Shown: in pieces, positions 1 to 9,198 of the stretch
Layout: every line of letters begins with the position of its first letter
Numbering within the stretch: the first letter of the stretch is position 1
Assembly: GCA_965151385.1 (NCBI GenBank)
Contig: CBCTZJ010000005.1
Coordinates: 6,935-70,934 of the forward strand
Direction: 5' to 3'
Length of the DNA stretch: 64,000 nucleotides
Source: an uncultured Collinsella sp.
GTDB lineage: Bacteria; Actinomycetota; Coriobacteriia; Coriobacteriales; Coriobacteriaceae
Notes under the pieces: model-generated
Databases searched by the model: none
Seen by the model: the letters and a program-made list of their open reading frames with translations, nothing else
What the model was told of the DNA's origin: nothing
Program-made: the position numbers and the translations under genes

Positions 1-678
1 TTGGTCAAAGGCGTCCGAGAGCATGGACAGGTCGACGTCCTGTTCCAGGTCGATGGTACCGTTTTTGGTTGCGCTAATGTTCTTGCCGCCGAGCGAGGCA
101 ATCAGGCGCGAAGGCCACAGCAGTGGCTCGTTGCTGCCGATAATCTCGTGGGCAGCTGCCTCGCCGTCGACGATGGGCTCGTCGGATTCGGGCTGATAGG
201 TCCAGCTAAAGTCATCTCCCGAAACGGTGAGCTTGTAGTGCTTCCAGGCGGAGTCTACCTTGGTAGCGGCGGATGAGGCGTTGGAAAACGAGATATCGAC
301 GCCGGCGACGGTGGTGTTGGGGTAGGCAATCTGCGAAAACGCCACGACGCCCACGATATAGACGATAGCGACAAGGCCGAGGACGACGAAGAACGCCGTC
401 TTGCCGCCCGTCTTATTGCCCTTTGCGGAGCGGTTGTCGGCGGGGCCGCGGTTGTTAGAAACTCGAGTGTGCGAAGGGCCCTGGTTGTGACCGGCGCCAT
501 GTGCGGAACGCTGCTGACGCTGCTGATGCTGGCCCTGATTGGGGCGCGGGGAGGTATTTGCCGCGCCGTGCTGTTGGCCATGAGCTGGCGCTACGGGACG
601 CGGCGATTGGATGCCTCCGGGCTGCCTGCTGGGCTGTTGCGGATCGGGGATCAGTTGGCTGCGGTCGATTTGCGACAT
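1..678 (-). CDS. membrane-anchored protein, N-terminal 226 codons only (gene continues past left window edge)
   Basis: Absent from the supplied ORF track. The minus-strand frame is open from 711 to 1 (no tta/cta/tca among + strand triplets starting at position 1). ATG = cat at 676-678, with an aagga SD-like motif upstream. Product has a Gln/Pro/Gly-rich N-terminus, one TM helix (TAFFVVLGLVAIVYIVGVVAF) and an extracytoplasmic domain. Family not identified. Confidence 0.55.
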   Translation of the reverse strand, partial: MSQIDRSQLIPDPQQPSRQPGGIQSPRPVAPAHGQQHGAANTSPRPNQGQHQQRQQRSAHGAGHNQGPSHTRVSNNRGPADNRSAKGNKTGGKTAFFVVLGLVAIVYIVGVVAFSQIAYPNTTVAGVDISFSNASSAATKVDSAWKHYKLTVSGDDFSWTYQPESDEPIVDGEAAAHEIIGSNEPLLWPSRLIASLGGKNISATKNGTIDLEQDVDLSMLSDAFDQ

Positions 679-828
679 CGTATATATTTCCTTCGAGTTT
701 CGCTTTACGGCTCATCGTGTTTTAACTGGGCTTGAATTATAGCGATTACGCAGTTGCTTGTGTTACGAAAACAGTGGCGATAAAGGATAGGTGGGACATA
801 TGTCCCACCTATCGTTCGCTTTTGCTCG

Positions 829-2436
829 CTATCCGCATATTCCGCATTTCGCGCACGCCGAAAGCGCTGCCGGAGCCTGCGCGACGCCGCCCTTGGCCGT
901 CTCGCGCAACGTGGCGGGCAGGGCGTGGCCCACCGAGAGCATGACGTGTGCCATCTGGTCAAACGGCACCAGGCTCTTGATGCCGGCAAGGGCGAGCTGC
1001 GCCGAGCTGAAGGCCGCGGCCACGCCGATGGCGTTGCGGTTTTGGCAGGGCACCTCGACAAGGCCGCCGACGGGGTCGCAAACGAGTCCCAACAGGTTGC
1101 TCAGTGCGATGGAGCTGGCGTCGAGCGCCTGCTCGGGCGTGCCGCCCATCATCTGGACCAGCGCGGCGGCGGCCATGGCGGCAGCGCTTCCAACCTCGGC
1201 CTGGCAGCCGCCCTCGGCGCCGGCGACGCAGGCGCTCGTGGTGAGGTTGAGGCCGATGGCGGCGGCGCAGTAGAGGGCATCCATGACCTGTTCATCGTCG
1301 AGCTGGAGGTGATCGGCGAGCGCCAGCACGCAGCCGGGGACGACGCCCGCGGAGCCGGCCGTGGGGGCGGCAACGATCACGCCCATGGTGGCGGAGCGCT
1401 CGAGCACGGCCATCGCGCGGGCCACGGCATCGGTCTGAACGGGGCCCATCAGGCTTGCGCTTAAATCGTTGCGGTAGGTGGCATCGACGAGCTTGGCCTC
1501 TCCGCCGATAAGCCCGCCGAGCGATCGCTGCGGATTGGCGATGGGGGCCGTGGTCTCCTCGCGCATGACGTCGAGCACGCGGCGCATGGCTGCGATAGCA
1601 TGGGCCTCGCCGGTCAGACGCGCCTCGCGCACGGCCATGACGGCGCCGATATTCAGGCCGAGCTCGGCGCACGCATCGAGCAACTGCTCGCCGTCGTCGA
1701 AGATCTCCTTGGCCGAGACACCGGGGGAGAGCGACGAGGCCGAGCCCGGGAGCTCGATAAACGTGGCGTAATCGACATTGTCGAGCTTGCGCAGCATGGG
1801 GACGACGGTGTCGTCGGGAGCGCCGTCGGTCTCAAAGACGGAATAGGCCTGGCCGCCCACCTCGGTGCGGTAGGTGCGGCAGAAGGCGATGTTGACGTGT
1901 GCGTAGGCGAGCAGGTTCGTGAGTGCTGCGAGCACGCCGGGAACGTCCTGGTGCGCCACGAAGAGCGTGGAATACATGCCCGAGATGTCGACGCCGACGC
2001 CGTTGATGCGGCTGATGCGCATCTTGCCGCCGCCCAGACTCTCACCGCGGACCTGCGCCGTAGAGCCCGTGTCGTCGACCATCTCGATATCGACGGTGTT
2101 GGGGTGGATGGAGGCGTCGTCGCCCTTAATTTCAAAGTGATAGTCGAGGCCCTGCTCGCGCGCAAGGTCAAAGGCTTGCTTGATGTTCTCGTCGTCGGTA
2201 TCGAGCCCCAGGATGCCCGCGACGAGCGCGCGATCGGTGCCGTGACCGCGGTAGGTGTGGGCAAAGGAGTTCCACAGGCCAAAGGCGACCTTGGTGATGC
2301 GGCCTTCCAGCAGGCTGGCGGCAACCTGGGCGCAGCGCAGGGCGCCGGCGGTGTGAGATGAGCTGGGGCCGACCATGACGGGCCCCAGGATCTCGAATGC
2401 CGAGGTCGTAGCTAGTGTTTGCGGCTTGCCTGCCAT
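829..2436 (-). CDS. sdaA: L-serine ammonia-lyase, iron-sulfur type, fused beta+alpha chains
   Basis: ORF 829..2520. Likely ATG at 2436 behind an aaggag SD. N-terminal ILGPVMVGPSSSHTAG motif of the serine dehydratase beta chain, then an ACT-like region and an alpha-chain-like C-terminal half. Confidence 0.85.
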   Translation of the reverse strand: MAGKPQTLATTSAFEILGPVMVGPSSSHTAGALRCAQVAASLLEGRITKVAFGLWNSFAHTYRGHGTDRALVAGILGLDTDDENIKQAFDLAREQGLDYHFEIKGDDASIHPNTVDIEMVDDTGSTAQVRGESLGGGKMRISRINGVGVDISGMYSTLFVAHQDVPGVLAALTNLLAYAHVNIAFCRTYRTEVGGQAYSVFETDGAPDDTVVPMLRKLDNVDYATFIELPGSASSLSPGVSAKEIFDDGEQLLDACAELGLNIGAVMAVREARLTGEAHAIAAMRRVLDVMREETTAPIANPQRSLGGLIGGEAKLVDATYRNDLSASLMGPVQTDAVARAMAVLERSATMGVIVAAPTAGSAGVVPGCVLALADHLQLDDEQVMDALYCAAAIGLNLTTSACVAGAEGGCQAEVGSAAAMAAAALVQMMGGTPEQALDASSIALSNLLGLVCDPVGGLVEVPCQNRNAIGVAAAFSSAQLALAGIKSLVPFDQMAHVMLSVGHALPATLRETAKGGVAQAPAALSACAKCGICG

Positions 2437-2460
2437 GGCTGCTCCTTTACGTGGCTCGTC

Positions 2461-2581
2461 GTCCCGAGGGGCGGGGCATAAGGTCGCCTGCTCGGACAGT
2501 CCTGCTCGCACGGAGAGCACATTAAGTGCTCTCCGGCTCGTGTGGAACTCGCGATCGACCTTATGCCCCGCCCCTCGGGAC
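2461..2581. repeat. perfect 26-bp inverted repeat (2461-2486 / 2556-2581), 69-nt spacer with nested 9-bp hairpin (2512-2520 / 2526-2534)
   Basis: Arms gtcccgaggggcggggcataaggtcg and cgaccttatgccccgcccctcgggac are exact reverse complements. The repeat lies between the metK terminator and the sdaA start. Confidence 0.9.
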
Positions 2582-2679
2582 TAAGGATACATGGTAGAAG
2601 TGCGCGTGCTGCAAAATTCATTAGCTGGCGACGCAGCGTAGGCTCATATCGAAACATCTTCACTGCCAGTTTAATAAAA

Positions 2680-2709
2680 AAGAAGTACCGCTTGGGGGCG
2701 GTACTTCTT
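2680..2709 (-). terminator. intrinsic terminator downstream of metK
   Basis: 12-bp stem aagaagtaccgc / gcggtacttctt with loop ttgggg. On the minus strand it is followed by a U-tract (A-run 2674-2680 on +). Confidence 0.8.
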
Positions 2710-2748
2710 TTGAAAGCGTGTGCGTGTTGTGACCTTGGTGGTTCCTAA

Positions 2749-4029
2749 TTACAGGCCGCAGGCTGCTTTGAGTTCTTCGACTCGGTCGGTTTTCTCCCAG
2801 GTGAAGTCAGGGTCTTCGCGCCCAAAGTGACCGTAGGCTGCCGTCTTTTCGTAGATGGGGCGGCGCAGGTCCAGGTCGCGGATGATGGCGCCCGGGCGCA
2901 GGTCGAAGGTCTTCTCCACGGCCTCGACGATCTTGTCTTCGGCAACATGTGCGGTGCCAAAGGTGTCGACCATGATCGAAAGCGGCTTGGACACGCCGAT
3001 GGCGTAGGCCAGCTCGACTTCGCAGCGGTCGGCAAGGCCGGCTGCGACCACGTTCTTGGCGACCCAGCGAGCGGCGTACGCGGCGGAGCGGTCGACCTTG
3101 GTGCAGTCCTTGCCGCTAAAGGCGCCGCCGCCGTGACGACCGTAGCCGCCATAGGTGTCGACGATGATCTTGCGGCCGGTCAGGCCCGTGTCGCCCATGG
3201 GGCCGCCCACGACAAAGCGACCGGTGGGGTTCACGTAGATATCGGCGTTGTCCCACGGCATGTTCTCGGCAGCCATGACAGGCGAGATGACATGCTCGAT
3301 GAGGTCGTCCTTGATCTTGCCCATGTCTTCGATCTCGGCTGCGTGCTGCGTGGAGATGACGATGGTCGTGACCTCGACGGGCTTGCCGTTCTCGTAGCGC
3401 ACCGTGACCTGGGTCTTGCCATCGGGGCGCAGGTAGGGCAGGGTGCCGTCGTGGCGCACGGCGGCCAGGCGCTCTGCCAGGCGGCTCGCCAGGTAGTGCG
3501 GCATGGGCATGAGGGTCTTGGTCTCGTTGGATGCATAACCAAACATCATGCCCTGGTCGCCGGCGCCGATCAGGTCGATCGGGTCGGTGGTGGCGCCGGT
3601 CTGGGTCTCGAAGGACTCGTCGACGCCCTGGGCGATATCGGGCGACTGCTCATGGATGAGGCTCATAACGCCGCAGGTATCGCAGTCAAAACCGAACTTT
3701 GCGCGGTTGTAGCCAATGCGGCGGATAACGCCACGGGCAATCTCCTGCACATCGACGTAGGCCTGGGTGCGGATCTCGCCGGCGACGATGACGGTGCCGG
3801 TGGTCACGAGGGTCTCGCAGGCGCAGCGGACGTTTTCCACGTTGGCGGGCACGCCGTTGGGCGCAATGTAGCCCTGCTCCTGCAACTCTATTTCTTTAGC
3901 GAGGATTGCGTCGAGGACGGCGTCGCTGATCTGGTCAGCGATCTTATCGGGATGACCTTCGGTCACCGACTCCGACGTAAACACAAAGGACCCGTGTTGG
4001 GGTGGGATGGAACGAAGTTCTTCTGACAT
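2749..4029 (-). CDS. metK: S-adenosylmethionine synthetase
   Basis: 426-aa ORF with canonical MetK blocks ([20 protein letters not shown]). Confidence 0.97.
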   Translation of the reverse strand: MSEELRSIPPQHGSFVFTSESVTEGHPDKIADQISDAVLDAILAKEIELQEQGYIAPNGVPANVENVRCACETLVTTGTVIVAGEIRTQAYVDVQEIARGVIRRIGYNRAKFGFDCDTCGVMSLIHEQSPDIAQGVDESFETQTGATTDPIDLIGAGDQGMMFGYASNETKTLMPMPHYLASRLAERLAAVRHDGTLPYLRPDGKTQVTVRYENGKPVEVTTIVISTQHAAEIEDMGKIKDDLIEHVISPVMAAENMPWDNADIYVNPTGRFVVGGPMGDTGLTGRKIIVDTYGGYGRHGGGAFSGKDCTKVDRSAAYAARWVAKNVVAAGLADRCEVELAYAIGVSKPLSIMVDTFGTAHVAEDKIVEAVEKTFDLRPGAIIRDLDLRRPIYEKTAAYGHFGREDPDFTWEKTDRVEELKAACGL

Positions 4030-4041
4030 GATTGTCCTTTC

Positions 4042-4078
4042 AAAAACGCGTCCCGGCGACCGTTACCATTCCGCCGGG
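4042..4078 (-). promoter_or_regulatory. terminator-like hairpin plus U5 in the metK 5-prime leader, just upstream of the SD (possible attenuator)
   Basis: 7-bp GC stem cccggcg (4052-4058) / cgccggg (4072-4078). On the minus-strand RNA it is followed by UUUUU (4042-4046), then the SD aaagga and the ATG at 4029. Confidence 0.4.
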
Positions 4079-4134
4079 CTCTGTATGCAAGGGCACATCA
4101 TAGCGCGTAAATCCAACATTCACACCCTTTCCGC

Positions 4135-4215
4135 ACCTACTCATTGGGGACAGACTTAAATGACCAGTCGGGTGCTCATTGGGTAGTCATTTAAGTCTGT
4201 CCCCAATGAGTAGGT
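4135..4215. repeat. perfect 30-bp inverted repeat (4135-4164 / 4186-4215) with 21-nt spacer in the metK-gltX divergent intergenic region
   Basis: acctactcattggggacagacttaaatgac and gtcatttaagtctgtccccaatgagtaggt are exact reverse complements. Confidence 0.9.
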
Positions 4216-4296
4216 CAATGCCCTTTGTGCGGAGGTGGGCATTGTTGCTTTATACTGGTGCGGTTAGACATCCATCCTGCAATCGAGGAGATTTCC

Positions 4297-5772
4297 ATGG
4301 CATCAGACGTTCGCGTCCGCTTTGCACCCTCACCGACGGGCAAGTTGCACATCGGCGGTGCCCGCACCGCTATCTATAACTGGGCTTTTGCCCGCGCAAA
4401 CGGCGGCACGTTCATCCTGCGCATCGACGACACCGACCCCACCCGTTCCACCGACGAGAACACGCAGATCATCCTGCGCGCCATGCGTTGGCTGGGTCTT
4501 GACTGGGACGAGGGCCCCGAGGTGGGCGGCGACTTTGGTCCCTACGCACAGACCGAGCGCCTGGACCTGTACAAGCAGGCCGCCCAGAAGCTCTGGGACG
4601 AGGGCAAGGCCTATCCCTGCTTCTGCACCAAGGAGCAGCTCGAGGCCGATCGCAAGGCCGCTCAGGAGCGCAAGGACCCCTTCCAGGGCTATCAGCGCCG
4701 TTGCCGCGATCTGGATCCCGAGGAGGCCCGCCGCCGCATCGAGGCCGGCGAGTCCTACGTCCTGCGCATCAAGGTGCCCGAGGACCGCGGCGACGTCGTC
4801 ATCCACGACGCCGTCCACGGTGAGGTGACCTTCGACGCCAAGGAGCTCGACGACTTTGTCATCTTCCGCTCCGATGGCACGCCCACGTACAACTTCGCGA
4901 CCGTCGTCGACGACGCCATGATGAAGATCACCCATGTCATCCGCGGCGACGACCACCTGTCCAACACCCCGCGTCAGGTCATGGTCTATGAGGCCCTCGG
5001 CGTGCCCGTGCCTACGTTCGCCCACATCTCCATGATCTTGGGTGCCGACGGCAAAAAGCTCTCCAAGCGCCACGGCGCCACCTCGGTGGAGGAGTACCGC
5101 GACGCCGGTTACCTGTCCGATGCCTTCGTCAACTATCTGGCTCTGCTGGGCTGGTCGCTCGACGGCGAGACCACGATCATCCCGCGTGATGTCCTGGCCA
5201 GCAAGTTCTCGCTCGACCGCATCTCCAAGAACCCGGCGACCTTCGATCCCAAGAAGCTCGACTGGGTCAATGCTGAGTACATCAACGGCATGACCGATGC
5301 CCAGTTTGCCGACGAGATCATGGTCCCCGAGCTGCACGAGGCAGGCCTCATCGAGGGCAACGTCGAGTACGGCGAGGACTGGATCGACGCGCTCGCTGCC
5401 ATCGTCAAGCCGCGCACCAAGATGCCGGCCGACGCCGTGACCGTCGCCGCTCCCATCTTCGCTACGGCCGATACGCTCGAGTATGATGAGAAGTCCGTCA
5501 ACAAGGGCCTGGCCAAGGAAGGCATGAGTGCCATCCTGGATGCCGCCAAGGTCGCGCTCGAGGGTGTTACCGAGTGGACGGCTGCCAACATCGACGCCGC
5601 GCTTGAGCCGCTGCCCGAGCAGATGGACCTTAAGAAGCGCGTGGTGTTCCAGGCCGTGCGCGTCGCCGTTTGCGGCAACATGGTGAGCCCTCCGCTGGGC
5701 GAGACCATGGCGCTCGTCGGCCGCGACGACTGCCTGGCGCGCATCGACCGCGCCCGCACGATGGCGCTGTAG
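4297..5772 (+). CDS. gltX: glutamate--tRNA ligase
   Basis: ORF 4225..5772. ATG at 4297 behind a gaggag SD. Class I HIGH (PTGKLHIGG) and KMSKS-like (KLSKRHG) motifs. Confidence 0.95.
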   Translation: MASDVRVRFAPSPTGKLHIGGARTAIYNWAFARANGGTFILRIDDTDPTRSTDENTQIILRAMRWLGLDWDEGPEVGGDFGPYAQTERLDLYKQAAQKLWDEGKAYPCFCTKEQLEADRKAAQERKDPFQGYQRRCRDLDPEEARRRIEAGESYVLRIKVPEDRGDVVIHDAVHGEVTFDAKELDDFVIFRSDGTPTYNFATVVDDAMMKITHVIRGDDHLSNTPRQVMVYEALGVPVPTFAHISMILGADGKKLSKRHGATSVEEYRDAGYLSDAFVNYLALLGWSLDGETTIIPRDVLASKFSLDRISKNPATFDPKKLDWVNAEYINGMTDAQFADEIMVPELHEAGLIEGNVEYGEDWIDALAAIVKPRTKMPADAVTVAAPIFATADTLEYDEKSVNKGLAKEGMSAILDAAKVALEGVTEWTAANIDAALEPLPEQMDLKKRVVFQAVRVAVCGNMVSPPLGETMALVGRDDCLARIDRARTMAL

Positions 5773-5795
5773 TAGCCGCGTAAACGTATGTATCC

Positions 5796-5829
5796 GAGCC
5801 CCGTTCACCCGAGCGGGGCTCTTGTTTCT
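5796..5829 (+). terminator. intrinsic terminator after gltX
   Basis: 8-bp stem gagccccg / cggggctc followed by ttgtttct. Confidence 0.7.
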
Positions 5830-5860
5830 GTAGACGTATGGGATGGGAGGTACAGGGACC

Positions 5861-8314
5861 ATGGTCGAGCAACATTCGCTGTTTGGTTCGCCGGAACCGG
5901 AGGAGGTTCCGGTGAAGCCAGTGCCTGCCGCTGCCTCGGCTCAGCCTAAGCCTGCGCGCGAGCCCATTGCCGCCTACGCGAGCGTGGTCCTCGACATCCC
6001 GACGCGTGCGCTGTCCGAGCCATTCGCCTACGGCATCCCCCGGTCCCTTGCCAACGAGGCTCAGATTGGGTCTACGGTCCTGGTCCACTTTGGTAACCGT
6101 GCCGCCGCGGGCTATATCGTCGACATCGCGCCCGAGCTGGGCGACCTGCAGGGCAACAACGCCCTCGACCCCGCGCGCATTAAAGCCATCGAGGCTATCC
6201 TCAGCAAACCGCTCTTTACCGCCGAGGCCGCCCGTATCGCACGCTGGATGAGCCGCGAGTACGTTGCAACGCTTTCCGAGTGCCTGCGCCTGTTCTTGCC
6301 CCCGGGCGGCAGCCCGCGCGTGGTCAAGGGCGATGACGGGGCGTGGACGGTTGAGCGCCCAGCCGTCAAGCCTATTCAAAACCGCTGGGTCATGCTCACG
6401 CCTGAGGGTTTCGACTATACGCCGCCCAAGACCGCCGTTCGTCAGCGCCAGCTCATCGAGGCGCTTCAGTGCGGCCCAGTCACGACGCGCGATCTTAACT
6501 TGCTCTACAACAACATGTCGGCGACCATTAAGGCGCTCGAAAAACGTGGTGTCGTCGTGGTGGAGGAGCGCCGAGCCTGGCGTGGCTGCAGCGAGCAGAC
6601 TACGCTGTCCTCGGCAAGCGGCAAGGCGCCGGTCGCGCTCACGGACGGGCAGCAGCAAGCACTCGCGCAGATTGAGCGCGCCCGTCTTGACGCCCACGGC
6701 GACGTGGTCCTTGTCGACGGCGTCACCGGATCCGGTAAAACTGAGGTCTACCTTTCCGCCATCGAGCGCGTGCTCGCGGCTGGCCGTTCGGCCTGCGTGC
6801 TCGTGCCCGAGATCTCGCTGACGGCCCAGACCGTCGGCCGCTTCCGCTCGCGCTTTGGCGAGACGGTCGCGGTCTTCCACTCGCGTCTTTCGGCCGGCGA
6901 GCGCCTGGACCAGTGGGACATGGTCGCCAGCGGTGCTGCACGCGTGGTCGTGGGCGCCCGCTCGGCGCTCTTTTGCCCGCTTAGCGACTTGGGTCTCATC
7001 ATCATCGACGAGGAGCACGAGACCAGCTACAAGCAGGGCTCCAGCCCGCGCTACCACGCGCGCGAGGTGGCGGCCGAGATGGCGCGTCGCTATCGCTGCC
7101 CGCTCGTACTGGGCTCGGCTACGCCTTCTGCCGAGGCCCTCGACCGCTGCCGCCGCGGCACGTACAACGGTGTCACCTGGACGCGCGTCGAGATGCCCGA
7201 GCGCCCGGGACACGCCGTGCTACCCACGGTCCGCATTGCCGACCTGCGCCGCGAGTTTTCGCACGGCAGCCGCTCCATGTTCTCTAAACCGCTGATGGAA
7301 GGTTTGGAGCGCGTTGTAGAGCGCCGCGAGAAGGCTGTGCTGCTGCATAACCGCCGCGGCTTTGCGCCGTTTTTGATGTGCCGCGAGTGCGGTTGCGTTC
7401 CCACCTGCAACCACTGCTCTACGGCGCTTACGTACCACGAGCGCACCCATACGCTGCAGTGCCACACCTGTGGTTCGTCCTGGCGCGTGCAGCCGTATCC
7501 CGCGCCCACGAGTCGTTGCCCCAAGTGCGGCAGCCGTTACCTGGCAAAAATGGGTCTGGGCTCGCAGCAGATCGAGGACGCGCTGCACCAGATGCTTCCC
7601 GAGGATGTCGCCATCATTCGCATGGATGCCGATTCCACGCGTGGCAAGGACGCGCATAAGAAGTTGCTCGAGCAGTTCGATGCCGCCGATTGCGCGGTGC
7701 TGCTGGGCACCCAGATGATCGCCAAGGGCCTCGACTTTCCCGAGGTCACGCTTGTGGGTGTAGTCAATGCCGACTTTGCGTTAAAGCTGCCCGATTTTAG
7801 AGCGGGGGAGCGCGCCTACGATTTGCTTGAGCAGGTCGCGGGCCGTGCCGGACGCGGCGATCGCCCTGGCGAGGTTATCATCCAGACCTATCTGCCCGAG
7901 GACCCGGTCATTCGCGCCGTTGCCGAGCACGACCGTTCGATCTTTACCGACTATGACCTGAACCAGCGCCGCGACGCCCTGTATCCGCCGTTCGTTCGCC
8001 TGGTCAACATTTTGGTGTGGTCGGCGAATCGTGCTAATGCGCAGGACTATATCGGGCGCATCGCAAGGCTGCTCAAGCGTCGTTGGCATGCCGCCGCTCC
8101 CGACTTTTTGCGGGCGGGCAGCGCGGTGCCGCAGGTGCTGGGCCCGGCTTCATGTGTAATCGAGAGAGCTAAGGACCGTTATCGCTTCCACCTGCTTGTG
8201 AAGTCGCCCGTAGGGTACCATGTCTCTGATGATATCGACGCCTGCCTCAAAGAGGTGGGCTCCGTGCGAGGCGTGAGCGTGAGCGTTGACGTCGACGCCT
8301 ATGATTTGATGTAG
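5861..8314 (+). CDS. priA: primosomal protein N-prime (replication restart helicase)
   Basis: Walker A GVTGSGKTEVY, a DEEH box and a Cys-rich zinc-binding insert (CRECG...CNHC...CHTCG...CPKCG). The start could be 5843 or 5861 (gggagg SD precedes 5861). Confidence 0.93.
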   Translation: MVEQHSLFGSPEPEEVPVKPVPAAASAQPKPAREPIAAYASVVLDIPTRALSEPFAYGIPRSLANEAQIGSTVLVHFGNRAAAGYIVDIAPELGDLQGNNALDPARIKAIEAILSKPLFTAEAARIARWMSREYVATLSECLRLFLPPGGSPRVVKGDDGAWTVERPAVKPIQNRWVMLTPEGFDYTPPKTAVRQRQLIEALQCGPVTTRDLNLLYNNMSATIKALEKRGVVVVEERRAWRGCSEQTTLSSASGKAPVALTDGQQQALAQIERARLDAHGDVVLVDGVTGSGKTEVYLSAIERVLAAGRSACVLVPEISLTAQTVGRFRSRFGETVAVFHSRLSAGERLDQWDMVASGAARVVVGARSALFCPLSDLGLIIIDEEHETSYKQGSSPRYHAREVAAEMARRYRCPLVLGSATPSAEALDRCRRGTYNGVTWTRVEMPERPGHAVLPTVRIADLRREFSHGSRSMFSKPLMEGLERVVERREKAVLLHNRRGFAPFLMCRECGCVPTCNHCSTALTYHERTHTLQCHTCGSSWRVQPYPAPTSRCPKCGSRYLAKMGLGSQQIEDALHQMLPEDVAIIRMDADSTRGKDAHKKLLEQFDAADCAVLLGTQMIAKGLDFPEVTLVGVVNADFALKLPDFRAGERAYDLLEQVAGRAGRGDRPGEVIIQTYLPEDPVIRAVAEHDRSIFTDYDLNQRRDALYPPFVRLVNILVWSANRANAQDYIGRIARLLKRRWHAAAPDFLRAGSAVPQVLGPASCVIERAKDRYRFHLLVKSPVGYHVSDDIDACLKEVGSVRGVSVSVDVDAYDLM

Positions 8315-8332
8315 CAACCCGAAAGGATGGCC

Positions 8333-8869
8333 ATGGAAGCCAACGGAATCGTACTGTCGCCCGACCCTCGTCTGCGTCAGGAGTGCGCCGTCATCGAGGA
8401 GATCACCCCGGCGATCGAGGCGCTTGCCGAGAAGATGAAGAAGATGATGTTCGAGAACGGCGGCTGCGGCCTGGCTGCCCCGCAAATCGGCGAGCTCATC
8501 CAGCTCGTCACCATTGACTGTGACTACAGCGACAAGAACGACTATGATCCGTACGTGCTCATCAATCCCGTCATTGTTGAGCAGAGCGACCATCTGGTGC
8601 CGTTTAGCGAGGGCTGCCTGTCCATCCCCGGCATTAGCTGCGAGATCGAGCGTCCCGACCATGTCGTCGTCGAGGCGTACGACCTGGATGCCAACCTGAT
8701 TCGCTATGAGGCCTCGGGCGATCTGTTCTGCGTGTGCCTACAGCACGAGATCGATCACCTGCACGGCAACACCATGTTCGAGCGACTGAAGCCAATGCAG
8801 AGGCTCAAGGCCGTCAAGGAGTACCAGGACGCCCTGGCCCGCGGCGCTCGACCGGGCGAGACCGAATAG
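8333..8869 (+). CDS. def: peptide deformylase
   Basis: GCGLAAPQIG, EGCLSIPG and HEIDHL motifs. The start is 8327 or 8333. Confidence 0.93.
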   Translation: MEANGIVLSPDPRLRQECAVIEEITPAIEALAEKMKKMMFENGGCGLAAPQIGELIQLVTIDCDYSDKNDYDPYVLINPVIVEQSDHLVPFSEGCLSIPGISCEIERPDHVVVEAYDLDANLIRYEASGDLFCVCLQHEIDHLHGNTMFERLKPMQRLKAVKEYQDALARGARPGETE

Positions 8870-8880
8870 GTTAATTGTCC

Positions 8881-8982
8881 GTCCCTGGGATGGGGCCCAC
8901 ACATATCATCCCGTGCTCAAACATTCTCGCTGCGCTGCGAAACTGCGCGCGGGACGATATGTGTGGGCCCCATCCCAGGGAC
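8881..8982. repeat. 33-bp inverted repeat with one mismatch (8881-8913 / 8950-8982), 36-nt spacer, between def and fmt
   Basis: gtccctgggatggggcccacacatatcatcccg versus the reverse complement of cgggacgatatgtgtgggccccatcccagggac. There is a single a/g difference. Confidence 0.9.
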
Positions 8983-9198
8983 TACGTTGTCGCTCTTCGT
9001 TTCGCCCGGGTGCCGTCGGGCCAGGGAGGGGCGTCTTCGCTGATAGGTGCTTTGTTGGGAGGGCTGCTTTTATGCGGCTCTTTCTTTGTTTTTGGGTATA
9101 TTTGAACGTGCTGAATTGTTATTGCGGATGGGCTGGGTACTTGGCTTTCCGCTGTTGTTTGTAGCCGTCTCGGCTTTGGTTGAGGGGAGACGTCCTTT

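Noticed and set aside
4030-4215. Calling a SAM riboswitch upstream of metK
   Set aside because: I could not find the conserved cores of SAM-I, SAM-IV or SAM-VI as I remember them. Only a terminator-like hairpin is evident, so no riboswitch feature is reported.
4330-7213. Long minus-strand ORFs 4330-5862 and 5630-7213
   Set aside because: They are antisense to gltX and priA. They have no motifs and an Arg/Gly/Ala/Asp-rich composition.
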